From positions 1-51,991 of the forward strand of contig NW_021831960.1 in assembly GCF_006345805.1 (NCBI RefSeq): DNA of 51,991 nucleotides. The letters are read 5' to 3'. Numbering within the stretch: position 1 is the stretch's first letter; each line of letters starts with the position of its first letter. Under the pieces are notes generated by a model. The model saw nothing but the letters and a program-made list of their open reading frames with translations, was not told the origin of the DNA and made no database searches. The stretch is from Octopus sinensis (lineage: Eukaryota). A program made the translations under genes and the position numbers. Shown here one piece after another: positions 38,819-51,026 of the stretch.

Positions 38819-38840
<22 letters not shown>
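38288..38840. repeat. Interrupted (GATA)n array with internal ~145-bp duplication
   Basis: GATGGACAAATG(G)AGTGATGGGCGG(G)ATGGATAGATTTTTGATAGGTG occurs at ~38603 and ~38748. Confidence 0.92.
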
Positions 38841-38852
<12 letters not shown>

Positions 38853-39194
38853 AGGTGGGGGTAGAGAGATAGATGGAGGGAGAGAGAGAGGTAGATAGAG
38901 AGAGAGAGATGTCCATACCAGTGCAGTAGGAGATTGAGTTTCTTCACTTTCCATTCGTCTCTCTCTCTCTCTCTCTCTCGTCCTCTCTCTCTAATTCTCT
39001 AGAATGTACCTGGAAATTAAAGCTACGGCTTGTCACACTATGTCAAGGTGAGTCAACCTAACGATTCCATTAAATGTGTTTCTGAGAGAAATACGTAGCA
39101 ACTCACACGCTAATTTCACAAGTAATTATACATTTCGTCAAACGAGTGAATTCGTATCTCCGAAACAATTTTTAAATCGACCACCATTACAACA

Positions 39195-39260
<66 letters not shown>

Positions 39261-39864
39261 ACAACACAAACATACATACGCACGAACACACATACACATA
39301 TACATATATGTATGTGTGTGTATGTACGTACACTATTTTATATGAAAAATGTTGTCTATTGGCCACCGATAGAACATTTCTCTAAATTTTCTACCCTTAT
39401 TATTTTCACAGTAAAATTTTCGTGGGTTCGAAACCCTTTTGATACGCACTTTTGATTCTTTATATTATCATTTGCTGCCGAATGTAACTGCGCTTGAACG
39501 GTGGTTGTGAAACATTATAATATATCAGTATGTCGCGCGTGTATTCTCCGTGTTTGCATAAATATGCATTAATCTTAGCGCCCTTACTGAAGGAGCACGG
39601 ATGGCAAATTAATTTAGTTGCACATTAATGCAGAAACTCGTGTCAGGGGGTAACTATGGAAACACTTTTTATTCCCTTCGAAGTTACTATTATTCGTGGT
39701 TTAGGCTTTAACTGCCCTTTCCAATATGTAAGGTGCCCTGTTAAAACTTACCTCGTTTGTATATAAATACGTACACTATTTTATATGAAATATATGTACA
39801 TGTGTGTGTGTATATGTTTGTGTTTGTTGCACGCATGCGCGCGCGTGTGTATGGTTCAAATGTA

Positions 39865-40261
39865 CAGAAAACAAAGAAACGCCAGGTGAGGGAACAACAA
39901 GCAGGTGTAACAGTTTGATGCTCTAGAAGAATGGAAAAGTCTTTGACGTTTCGAGCCAACTCACTTCTACAAAAAAAGGATGAGAGAGAAAAAATAGAGA
40001 GAGACAGAGAGACAGAGAGAGAGAGAGGGTGAGTAAGAGAAAAAAGAAATGATATATGTGTATGTGTGTGTGTGTGTCGCTAAATCCACAAGTTTTTTAT
40101 TCTCTGTTTACTTTATCGTGTTCCTTTCTGTTGAAGAGCATAGGCTCGAAACGTAAAAGACTTTCTCACATTCCCGAGGGTCAAACTAATAAACCTGCTG
40201 TTGTTTATACAGCTGTCTTCGTCTTTTGTTTTTCTGTAAATTTCAACTAGATGTGTATTTA

Positions 40262-40314
<53 letters not shown>

Positions 40315-40450
40315 CAAATTTATAGAAAACCAAAAACGAAGGCAGGTATAGGAATAACAAGCAAGTGTATTAGTTTGACGATCGGGAAAATAAAAAGGTA
40401 TTTTTTACGTTTCGCGCCTACGCTCTTCGACCGACAGAAAGGAATAAGAG
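39865..40450. mobile_element. Three alternating-orientation copies (-,+,-) of the Penelope-like terminal repeat
   Basis: GACGTTTCGAGCC at ~39947, GAAGAGCATAGGCTCGAAACGT at ~40133, and ACGTTTCGCGCCTACGCTCTTC at ~40407, with shared flanks. Confidence 0.6.
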
Positions 40451-40597
40451 AATGACAAAAAACATACATACATACACACATTCATTCAGACATACATACA
40501 TACATACATACATACATACATACATACATACATACTACATACATACATACATACATACTTGTATGCATGTATATATGTATTTAAATATGTGGAAGTA

Positions 40598-40970
40598 CAA
40601 TGGCCCAGTGGTTAGGGCAGCAGACTCGCGGTCGTAGGATCGCAGTTTCGAATCCCAGACCGGGCGTTGTGAGTGTTTATTGAGCGAAAACACCTAAAGC
40701 TCCATGAGGTTCCGGCAGGGGGTGGTAGCCAACCCTGTTGTACTCTTTCACCACAACTTTTTCTCATTCTTTCTTCCTGTTTCTGTTATACCTGTATTTC
40801 AAATGACCAGACTTGTCACACTCTATGTCACGCTGAATCTCCCCGAGAACTACATTAAGAGTAAACGTGTCTGTGGAGTACTCAGCCACTTGCACGTTAA
40901 TTTCACAAGTAGACTGTTCCGTTGATCGGATCAACTGGAACCCTTGTCGTCGTGATCGACGTAGTGCCAC
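40598..40970 (+). mobile_element. tRNA-derived SINE family C
   Basis: A box TGGCCCAGTGG, B box GTTTCGAATCCC, and a 3' part GTCACGCTGAATCTCCCCGAGAACTAC...CACTTGCACGTTAATTTCAC shared with 46175-46482. Confidence 0.85.
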
Positions 40971-41575
40971 GGGAATATAAATGTATACGACTATATATTT
41001 TATTAAACGTGAATATACTAAAAGAAAGCCACAATATTGTGTTAAACGTCCCGGGAAGGCCACTAGTATAGAAGTAAACGAAATTTCACCAAGCTCGCCA
41101 ATATTTGCGATTCCAGTGACTCATTAGTCACTGTTTTACAAAGTACCATTAGAAGTAAATTTTACTAAGCATGCGGTGATAGTGTATATTTTCTTCCGAT
41201 GAGGACAAATACGCCAAAACCTCGTAATCTAGCAATTCTACCGACGTTTCTAGACAATTTTTAACCTGCTACTATAACACTTCTGAGCTTTCTATCAATA
41301 TATATTTATATAAGAAACGTTCTGAAGTCGAATACCACAATACCATTACGTAATGAAAACAGGTTGATATTACTGCCTCCGTCACTAATATCGAATATAT
41401 ATATATAGTTAATCCAAGGGAGTTATAACTTCATTAGGGATTATGTAATCCAGGAAATACTTTTTTTAGCTTTACAATTCATTTATATTGTAATGTTTTT
41501 AAGCGAAATTTTTTAACATTTTTTAACATGCAAATAAATTCTTCATACCTCCAATTATCTCTATTTTCTTTCCTT

Positions 41576-41635
<60 letters not shown>

Positions 41636-42089
41636 TATGTATGCAGTCGCTTGAGGAATGCAATGGCATGAACTCGAGAGCGGATATACACTCAATTTCA
41701 CTTTCAAGTAAGTATTGTATGTGTGTGTGCAAAAACGTGGCGTATAAATGATCCTTTATTTAAAATTTACGAGGGAAGTGAATTGAGAAAAGCCTATGGG
41801 TAAGAAAAACAGATACAATAATTGAAAATAGAAAAAAAGAAAAAGAAAATCCCAAATGTTATTTTTAAAAAATCGTGCATTTTGATAATGAGTGAAACAT
41901 GTGAAAGGAAGAGCTGGGGTTTCTATATGTACTGGTTGACCTTTGGAATTAAAACTAATTCTGAGAGAGTGAACAGATGTGAATGTGTATTAATGCAAGC
42001 ATACGAGTGAGCAGATGATGCACATGTTAATAGATACCCTGCATATAGAGCACATACATGTGTGTATATGTATATATATATATAATACT

Positions 42090-42129
<40 letters not shown>

Positions 42130-42270
42130 CATATTATACATATTTATAATATTTCATATAATATATATATATATATATATATAATATTATACATATATAT
42201 ATATATATATATAATATATATATATAGATAATATATATATATATATATATAAATATACATAGTACAGACA

Positions 42271-42308
<38 letters not shown>

Positions 42309-42431
42309 ATACATATATACATATATACAGACATATATATCTTATATATGTGTGTGTGTGTGGTGGTGTGTGTTATACATTATATATATATAAATATATA
42401 TATACCATAGAAATATATTGCATATATATAA

Positions 42432-42476
<45 letters not shown>

Positions 42477-42829
42477 TATATATGTAGGTATGTAGTATAT
42501 ATATATATATATATATAATATATATATATACGTATATGCATGAAGTTCGCCTGCGGAATGCAATGGCGTGGACAGCATATTTGCATATGTGCACATAACG
42601 AAGACATTTTAAGTATATATATATTATTATATATACACACACACGTATGTATGCATACATACATATATTTAGATTATGTCATAATCTTTCTGCAGAAGAC
42701 ATCACACCAGCTGCTCAAAAAATATCATAAAGTTACTACCTTTCTATGAGACACGACGTCGTAAAAACCAAGGAGTAAAATTTTATGGATGTTACGTGGA
42801 AATATGCGCAGGGGCCCCATGCTTTCGAG

Positions 42830-43100
42830 CAAGATTGTTTGGAGCGATGAAACTATAGAAAAATTGAACAGCTCGATCTATCGCCACTGTTGAAGCTACT
42901 GGGCACCGAAGAAACCGCATATTACGGAAAGATTTCATGTGAATTTATATGTGTTTGTAGTTTAGTGTCGACTGTTGGACTTAACTTGATCGTATTTTTT
43001 GTACATTGCACTGGTTCCGTTTATTTATCCTACCACACAGTCGGAACGTTTGGGATAAAAAGGACTTTTATTTCCAGCAAGACGGAGCACCTCCGCACAA
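42830..43100 (+). pseudogene. Tc1/mariner-superfamily transposase fragment
   Basis: [29 protein letters not shown] (FSDE..LNG.VN..N.R.W...NPH type) and YFQQDGAPPH. Confidence 0.7.
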
Positions 43101-43705
43101 CCAGACACGGCCAACATGGCATGGCAAACTAAAAATGGGATGAGAGAATGAGAGAAAATGCAAGAAAAGACGACAAAGGAGATATAAACGGTGGAAAACG
43201 AAAGAGAGAACAGAAAGAAGCAAAAGGAGGATAGAAATAGAGTTATTTCCCATTTGACCCTAAAATATAAACCTGAATAGACAGTAGCTTAGAGACTATG
43301 GTACAGCTGTTCAACCTGGAAAGGGTAGCACATTCAAATTCGTCATTAGAAACTTAGCTATATGCTTACAACCGCTGAAAATTTCGGAGCCAGAATTCAG
43401 TAGTGTTAGAGTTCTTATATATATTTATAAGTAGGTATGTATGTACACACACACGCACACAAGGAAAGGAATAAGACGAAACAGAAGATTTGTTTTATAA
43501 GACTAAAGAATATATTTATATCGTCATGCCAAAAGTATCATAAATAATACACAAAATATCATTTTTTTTTCCCTCTAACGTAACTGGTTTTACTAACGAA
43601 TTCAAATTTTGAGTGTTTGATGCAATTCGAGATGAGAAATTTTATTTGTTAGGGGGTGATAATTGGTAGTATTCACCCACGTGTAATAGCCAATCATACT
43701 TTCTA

Positions 43706-43743
<38 letters not shown>

Positions 43744-43861
43744 GTCTGTTTTCAATTTTTGGCAGTTTGATGAAAGCTAGGTAGGACAAAACTTCGTAAT
43801 CACTACCAGCACTATTTTCTGAAATGTATGTAGTGCCCGCGTCTGTGTATACTCGTGTGTA

Positions 43862-43912
<51 letters not shown>

Positions 43913-44459
43913 ACATACATACACATCTATATATGCATACATTTATAACATACATATAGGGAGAAAGAGATAGACAGACAACTACAAAGAACCGTATATA
44001 GGTAAGTATATACATATATACTTACATATATATATATGCATGTATCTTGTGCGTATGTATATTTGTGTTTACTTTATGTGTATGTATGTGCACATAATAT
44101 GTGTGTGTGTGGCATTTTTATGTGTTTGTGTTTGTATCTGTGTATGGGTGTATGTGTCAATGTTTGTGTTTGACCGCTCTCCGTGCGTTAATAATTTAAG
44201 ACTATTTAAATCTCAGAAATTCTTTGAAATCTTCTTAGAAGAGACAGGCAACAGAAACAATATTTCCAGATTTGCCAAAATTACTTTAAACGTGTCACGT
44301 CCGCCATTTTGTTATCTTCCTTTTTCCTTCCTCCCCGTTAACGGTTTGTTTTGTATTTTTTCTTTTTATATTTTGTTTATATTCTTCATATTTTTGCACT
44401 TTTTTTACGTTTTCTCTCCCGCGGTTATTTCCCTTTTTATATATATTTTTTTAATATTT

Positions 44460-44798
44460 TATTTTTATCATATATTATCATTACTACCACTATTAATATT
44501 ACTATCTTTTATTGTTATTGTTATCATCATTATTACCATTATTATTATCATAATCATTACTATTGCTATTATCATTATTTATATTATTATTATATTTATT
44601 ACTATTATTATAATATCTATTACAATTACTGTTATTACTGCTACCACTATTTTTATTATTATTATTACAATCATTATTAGTATTATTAGCATTATTATTA
44701 TTATTATTGTTGTTGTTGTTGTGGTGGTTATTATTACTATTCTTATTCTTATTATTATTGTTATTAATATTATTACTATTTTCTTCTTCTTCTTCTCC

Positions 44799-44839
<41 letters not shown>

Positions 44840-45094
44840 GTGATTATTATCATTATTATTATTATTATTATTATTGTGATTATTTTCATTATTATTATTA
44901 ATATTATTATTATTATTAATATTATTATTATTATTATCATTATTATTATCATTATCATTATTATAATCATTATTATTACTATTCTTATTCTTCTTCTTAT
45001 TTTTATTATTGTTGTTAATATTATCCTTATTATTACTATTCTTATTATTATTGCTATTATTTTTATTACTACTACTTCTACTACTACTATTATT

Positions 45095-45137
<43 letters not shown>

Positions 45138-45160
45138 TATTATTATTATTATTATTACTC
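44460..45160. repeat. Degenerate (ATT)n low-complexity array
   Basis: Seen directly. Source of the poly-I/L/Y ORFs. Confidence 0.95.
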
Positions 45161-46173
45161 TTTTCCTCTTTTGTTGATTTGTAATTCTTTTGTTTTCATT
45201 CTTTGTTCGTCGATAATTATGGTTTGAACGTTTTCTATTGTATTTTGTGTCTTACAAGTTGTTTGTCTTGTTTTGTGTGTTTGTTTGATGAAGGGACAAT
45301 GATTATTCTTTATTTGTTGTCAATTTCTACTTTCTTTCTCTCATTTATTTTTATTCCTATCTTGTTTTGTTTTTGTTTCTTATAATACTTTTTTCTGTTG
45401 TTGTGTTTCATTTTTGCTTTTCTTGATGCCCTATATTGTCAAAATTATTGATCCGTGATCATTTTATATTTTCATAGTTTTATAAACAGCTTGACTATAT
45501 TTGCCGAAAGAGAGAGAGAGACAAACAGACAGACATAGACAGAGAGGGGCAGAGAGAGAGAGAGAGAGAAGGAGACAGACAGATACACTGGAACACTGAC
45601 AGAGACTGAGAGAGTAAGAAAGAAGGAAAGAGAGAGATGCAAATACACTTACGACACTTCATAAAGAGAAACATTGTTAGATGAAGTGAATTATATATAA
45701 AAAAATTGAGAACCCGGATATATATATATGTATATGTATATATATGTATATATATATATCTGTACATACATATATATATATATATATACATGTATGTATA
45801 TATGCTTTTTTTAAGTATATGCATGTATGCATGTACTTATCTGTATATAAGGATATATATGCACACATACGTTACACACACATATATATATATACACACA
45901 CCATATATATATATATATATATTATAATATCTATATATATATATATATATATATAGTCATTCTTTTATATATATGTTCACACACGCACGTACACACGCAG
46001 CTGCACACACACATATCCTTTAAGTCCATTTACGAGAAACGTTTGTATATACATATAAAAGGTCCTATTTTATAATGCCGGCAACAGCCTAATAATGCCG
46101 ACTCGTAATAACAGTTTTTTTGTGGTTGCAATATATATATATATAAACTCACACACTCACATTTATATAGTAA

Positions 46174-46482
46174 GTGGCTTAGTGATTAGGGCATTCGACT
46201 GACGATTGTAAGGTCGTGAGTTCGATTCCCGGCGATGCGTTGTGTCCTTGAGCAAGACACTTTATTTCACGTTGCTCCAGTCCACTCAGCTGGCAAAAAT
46301 GAGTTGTACCTGTATTTCAAAGGGCCGGCCTTGTCACACTTTGTGTCACGCTGAATCTCCCTGAGAACTACGTTAAGGGTACTCGTGTCTGTGGATTGCT
46401 CAATCACTTGCACGTTAATTTCACGAGCAAGCTGTTCTGTTGATCGCATCAGCTGGGACCCTCGTCGTCGTAACCGACGGAG
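46174..46482 (+). mobile_element. tRNA-derived SINE family D (CORE-like centre, tail shared with family C)
   Basis: A box GTGGCTTAGTGATTAG, B box GAGTTCGATTCCC, GTGTCCTTGAGCAAGACACTT, and tail ending CTCGTCGTCGTAACCGACGGAG. Confidence 0.85.
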
Positions 46483-46778
46483 AAAAAAGAGAATTTATAT
46501 ATTTGTTGTGCAAGATTTTTTATGTGAAGTCGTGTGTTGAAACAGATATTGTTATATTTCGGAATGGTCATTTTGCCAGTTTAGCCAATAAAAACACACG
46601 CACTATATATTTGGTGTTACTTTGCTTCAGTGTTATTTATTTTTTACATTAATCTTAATCTCATTTCGGCCAGAGTTCTTTCGTCACACTCCTGTGACCG
46701 CATCAGTGGTCCTTTGCTTTCTTCCTTCTTATTTGTGCCTCTCCTTACTAACCGACACTCAAAAATCCACTCAAAACA

Positions 46779-46928
46779 GATTGATCTTGAACTCTGTTTT
46801 GCATGCGCACTAAGTTTTAACGTTCTAGCTCACTTCCACCGCGTACAGCAGAGCTTGGAAGTTGTGTGTGTTGCGTGAGATCGTCGCATTGGCTTAGTGC
46901 GCATGCACAGCAGAGTTCAAGAGCAATC
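46779..46928. other. Inverted repeat with 36-bp arms (33/36 Watson-Crick) and a 78-nt spacer
   Basis: GATTGATCTTGAACTCTGTTTTGCATGCGCACTAAG pairs with CTTAGTGCGCATGCACAGCAGAGTTCAAGAGCAATC. Confidence 0.9.
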
Positions 46929-47180
46929 TTTATCAAGCGGATTCACTCTGCGTGCTTTAGTTTCGTTACTATAGCAAGAGTCCGGATATTTATTGATCAG
47001 ACCTGTATATATCAACGTGAACATAGAGAGAATAAGAATGAGGCCGAGAAGTCATTTGTGAAATCTCAGAGACATGTTCACTAGAAGACAGTAGCTGTAG
47101 AGACATCGATGGACATTGAGAATTCTGTATGAGTGATCGAGGGAGAAAGATGGAGAGCGACAAAGAAAACAAGATACTTT

Positions 47181-47228
<48 letters not shown>

Positions 47229-47877
47229 AGGACGAAAAGGATGCTGTGAATGTGAAATGGAAAGATGCAGAAGAAAGAACATTTAAAGAGAGAGAGAGAA
47301 GTGTGAGGAGTAATACAGAAGAAAAGAGAGTGACAGAGAGACAGATGAAGATTAGGAGAGAGAGAGACAATGAGAGAGAGACAGACAGACAGACAGAGAT
47401 AGAAAGAAGGAAGCAAACCGGTTCGAACAGAAATCTGTGCTGTGGGGAAAGTTGGTGTTACGTTTGTTCTTGGTACTGTTGTTGTTGTTGTTGTTGTTGT
47501 TGTTGTGGTGGTGGTGGTGGTGGTGGAGGTGGTGGTGGTGGTGGTGGTGGTGGTGGTGGTGGTGGTGGTTTTTGATTTTGTTTGTGTTGAAGTATCTGTA
47601 GATGTTTACCTTCATTTGGTTGTTCTTGTTCCACCAAGGTCAGCTTTGATCAAGCGATTCTATAATTCAAAGAACTTCCAACCGTGACCGTCTCATCTTA
47701 ATAATCCGTGACTGCATTATGCAATGTGTTTTTTTTTTCCTTTCACCAGACTGCTCTTTATACTCTGATCTGAATGAAATTTCATTGCTATAATTAGCAG
47801 GGCGAGTGTCCATCAAGAATCTCCCCGTTTTGACCTACATTTGCCATTGATGTTGGTATTATCATTGTTGTTCTTGC

Positions 47878-47922
<45 letters not shown>

Positions 47923-48280
47923 CATCTTCATCATCATCATCATCATTGTCATCATCATCATCATTATTGTTGCTGTGTTTTTCTTCTTTCAATCTTGTTT
48001 CCATTGTATACAGTTTCCTAGGGCAAAGGGTCTCACTGTATATATTGATAGGCCATTTAAATAAAAACGACAGATTATACATTTACAAAGCCAAGTTATG
48101 TGATAGACAAAAAAAGAAACAAAAGAAAAACAAAAAGAAAAACGGAAAATACAAAAAATAAAAAAGGAAAATACAAGAAAGAGAAAAGGAAAAGGTAAAT
48201 AAAAAGAAAAAATTCACAGCGACGATGCTCTTTTCAATACGTGTGACTTACCTGTTAAAACAATCTTTTGTCTTCTTGCA

Positions 48281-48745
48281 TATTATTATTAAGTTGGCTC
48301 CAAGTCTCAACCAGAGATCTCAAGAGATAAGTTAGAAGTTCATGTTGGTGTTATGCCTGGAGTGTCATATATTTGGTTTTGTACATAGTATTGTTCTAAA
48401 AAATGTTTAAGAAAACATAAGAAAATTATAAATTTGTTTTAAAATTCGAGATTATATAGACAGTATTTTACGTAGGATATGGGCAGTTCCTGTGAGCACT
48501 ATCTTTTGAATTTCTGCCATTTTGGGGTTTCCTGGTATCTGAGCTAGGTAGGAATCAGTTCCTTTTGCGATCATTCCTAGGGCACCTATGACAACAGGTA
48601 TTGTTTTAGTCTTGAGGTTCCACATTTTGCTGATTTCTATTTCAAGATCTTTACACTTGCTCAGTTTTTGCTACGTCTTGACAGATATACCTATGTCTAT
48701 TGGGACAGTCATTTCAATGAGGAAGCATGATTTTTGTCTCAAATC
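48281..48745 (-). mobile_element. 3' fragment of an R4/Dong-like (restriction-like endonuclease) LINE with short TAA tail
   Basis: CFLIEMTVP..KLSKCKDLEIEISKMWNLKTKTIPVVIGALGMI...IQKIVLTGTAHILRKILSI*. Ends in ATT repeats on plus at 48281. Confidence 0.8.
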
Positions 48746-48769
48746 TCAGTCTTACTTTTATCACGTGCT

Positions 48770-48970
48770 TTCTCTGCACTACCGAGTACAGCTCTCTGTG
48801 CCTTGGGTATATGGTGTGGTTTGTTGTGATACTCTTATTTTCACTACATTGAAAGCGTTTTATGTAGGATATGTGCGGTGCCTAGTAGTGCTATTTTCTG
48901 AATGTTATATGTACTTGTAAGTCCTGGTGTTTTTGCTATGTATTTGTCTAAATAATTTTGTATCATACCT

Positions 48971-49034
<64 letters not shown>

Positions 49035-49192
49035 GAAAAGAAGAAAGGAAAAGGCGTTTTCTAATCGAGTTATCAATATCAACAGATGACAATGTTTCTC
49101 TAAAAGAAACAGAGAAACTTTCAATATACAAAGAACTGGAGACAGAGGTAAGTCGAAGGTGGAGCCTAAAAACAGAAACAATTCATGTCATT
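48770..49192. mobile_element. Second R4/Dong-like LINE 3' fragment, in two opposite-orientation pieces around (TAA)n
   Basis: Plus 49035-49192 reads FLIELSISTDDNVSLKETEKLSIYKELETEVSRRWSLKTETIHVI. Minus 48970-48844 reads GMIQNYLDKYIAKTPGLTSTYNIQKIALLGTAHILHKTLSM*. Confidence 0.8.
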
Positions 49193-49209
49193 TGACAGAG
49201 CAAAGAAGA

Positions 49210-49401
49210 TAAACAAGGACAGACAAACGGATTAAGTTCATTATATCGACCCCCATGCGAAACTGGTACTTATTTAATCGACCCCGAAATGATGAAAGGC
49301 AAAGTCAACCTCGGCGGAATTTGAACTCAGAACGTAGCGGCAGACGAAATACCGCTAAGCATTTCGCCCGGCGTGCTAACGTTTCTGCCAGCTCGCCACC
49401 T
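49210..49401 (-). mobile_element. SINE family A
   Basis: AAACAAGGACAGACAAACGGATTAAG...GCATTTCGCCCGGCGTGCTAACGTTTCTGCCAGCTCGCC. Confidence 0.88.
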
Positions 49402-50586
49402 TGCACACACGTGTATATATACATAGGTGTGTGTGTGTTAGTAATAATTATAAAGTGTATGGCGACTTCTCCAAACTCATTTATATAATATATATATATA
49501 ATATATTATTATATATATTTCTAATATATATATATAATATATATATAAATACTCTCTATTTATATATATATATTTATATGAATATTATTATATATATATA
49601 TATAATATATATATATATAATGTGTGGTGTGCGTGGGGGGATTGAGGAGGGAATTGGGAGGGTAGGTAGGGTAGGAGCAGTGTTAGTACGTAGCTAAACA
49701 ACACAGTAATGACTTATAACAAGGTATGCAAGTAAAATAACAGACTTGTTAGTTTAACGTTTATTTTGTAGTATTTTGGGTGCAACCTGTCCGGTTTGGT
49801 AGACAGCATTCAGCTGCTGCCTTTATAAATATGTCTGTAACTCAATGTCATTCATATGGTTCCCGGCCACACGTATAAATACACACACATACACATCCCT
49901 ATACACGCACATTCACACACAACCATATGTATATAAGAAAAGTAAAATCGTGGTATACACATGCATTCCCATGTAGTTGCGCCCACATACGCAGAAGCAG
50001 GCATATCGTTTACAGACCCACTTCCTCCTTCCAGATACTACAACATATACAAATGCACCTGTAAGACCGTTATTTGGCGGGAGGGAGGCGTGTGCGTGTG
50101 TGTGTGTGTATCTATTAGCTTTCATAATATCAGAGAAAGTTATTCAATGTTATTACGAAAGCCAGGCATTCAGAGATATTTTGTATGTCGTCATATACCA
50201 TTCAATGTGTATGCACGCAGGATGGAGTAATATGAAATGGATCCAGCATTATTCTGCAGATAGTGATGATTTTGTAATAGTCCAAGCTAGTTTATGCATT
50301 AGGGAACCAGTCGTTAGGTGCAATGAAGCTCGATGAGAGCAGTGATAGTACCTGATATTTCACAATATTGTATTTTATATAAGCCTACCAATGGTAAATA
50401 TACGTCGTATATAATGATATAACCGTATATGCAGTATAGTATCTAATTGCTGTATACAAGGAAAGAAGAATGTGAAACTCCACCAATACGAGCACACACT
50501 AAGACACGAACAAAATGCATAATGCAGGTGAATATAATATAATATATATATATATTATATATATATATAATATATATATATATATA

Positions 50587-50617
<31 letters not shown>

Positions 50618-50633
50618 TGTATTATGTATATAG

Positions 50634-50712
<79 letters not shown>

Positions 50713-50935
50713 ATATATACATATACTACATGAATATGTGTATATATCGCATGATTCTCAGTCACAGAATAAATATATATATAATATGTCAACAACGTGT
50801 GAAACTGCACAATTGCATGTTCCTCTATGCACATACACACGGACGAACACATGCATAATGCAGGTGTGTGTATGCATATAAACATATAAAAATATGTGAA
50901 ACTCCTCAATTATGTGTTCATTTGTGCACATACTC

Positions 50936-51026
50936 GTCAGAGGTAGTAAAGGTTTCTAATTTTTTCAGCGGTGGTGCCCCAGCATGGCCGCGGCCTTCGG
51001 GCCAAAACATTTTTAAGGATTTAAGG
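50936..51026 (+). mobile_element. Short 5'-truncated retroposon 3' end with ATACTC target-site duplication
   Basis: GGTGGTGCCCCAGCATGGCCGC, (TTTAAGG)-type repeated tail, ATACTC at 50930-50935 and 51027-51032. Confidence 0.65.

Noticed and set aside
40598-40670. tRNA gene (also 46174-46235, 10857-10945, 31500-31560)
   Set aside because: A and B boxes are present but I could not fold a complete cloverleaf, and each continues into a multicopy SINE body.
44040-45227. Hydrophobic 267-aa 'membrane protein' ORF
   Set aside because: Degenerate (ATT)n repeat.
47474-47570. (GTT)n(GGT)n poly-Cys/Gly or poly-His ORFs
   Set aside because: Simple trinucleotide microsatellite.
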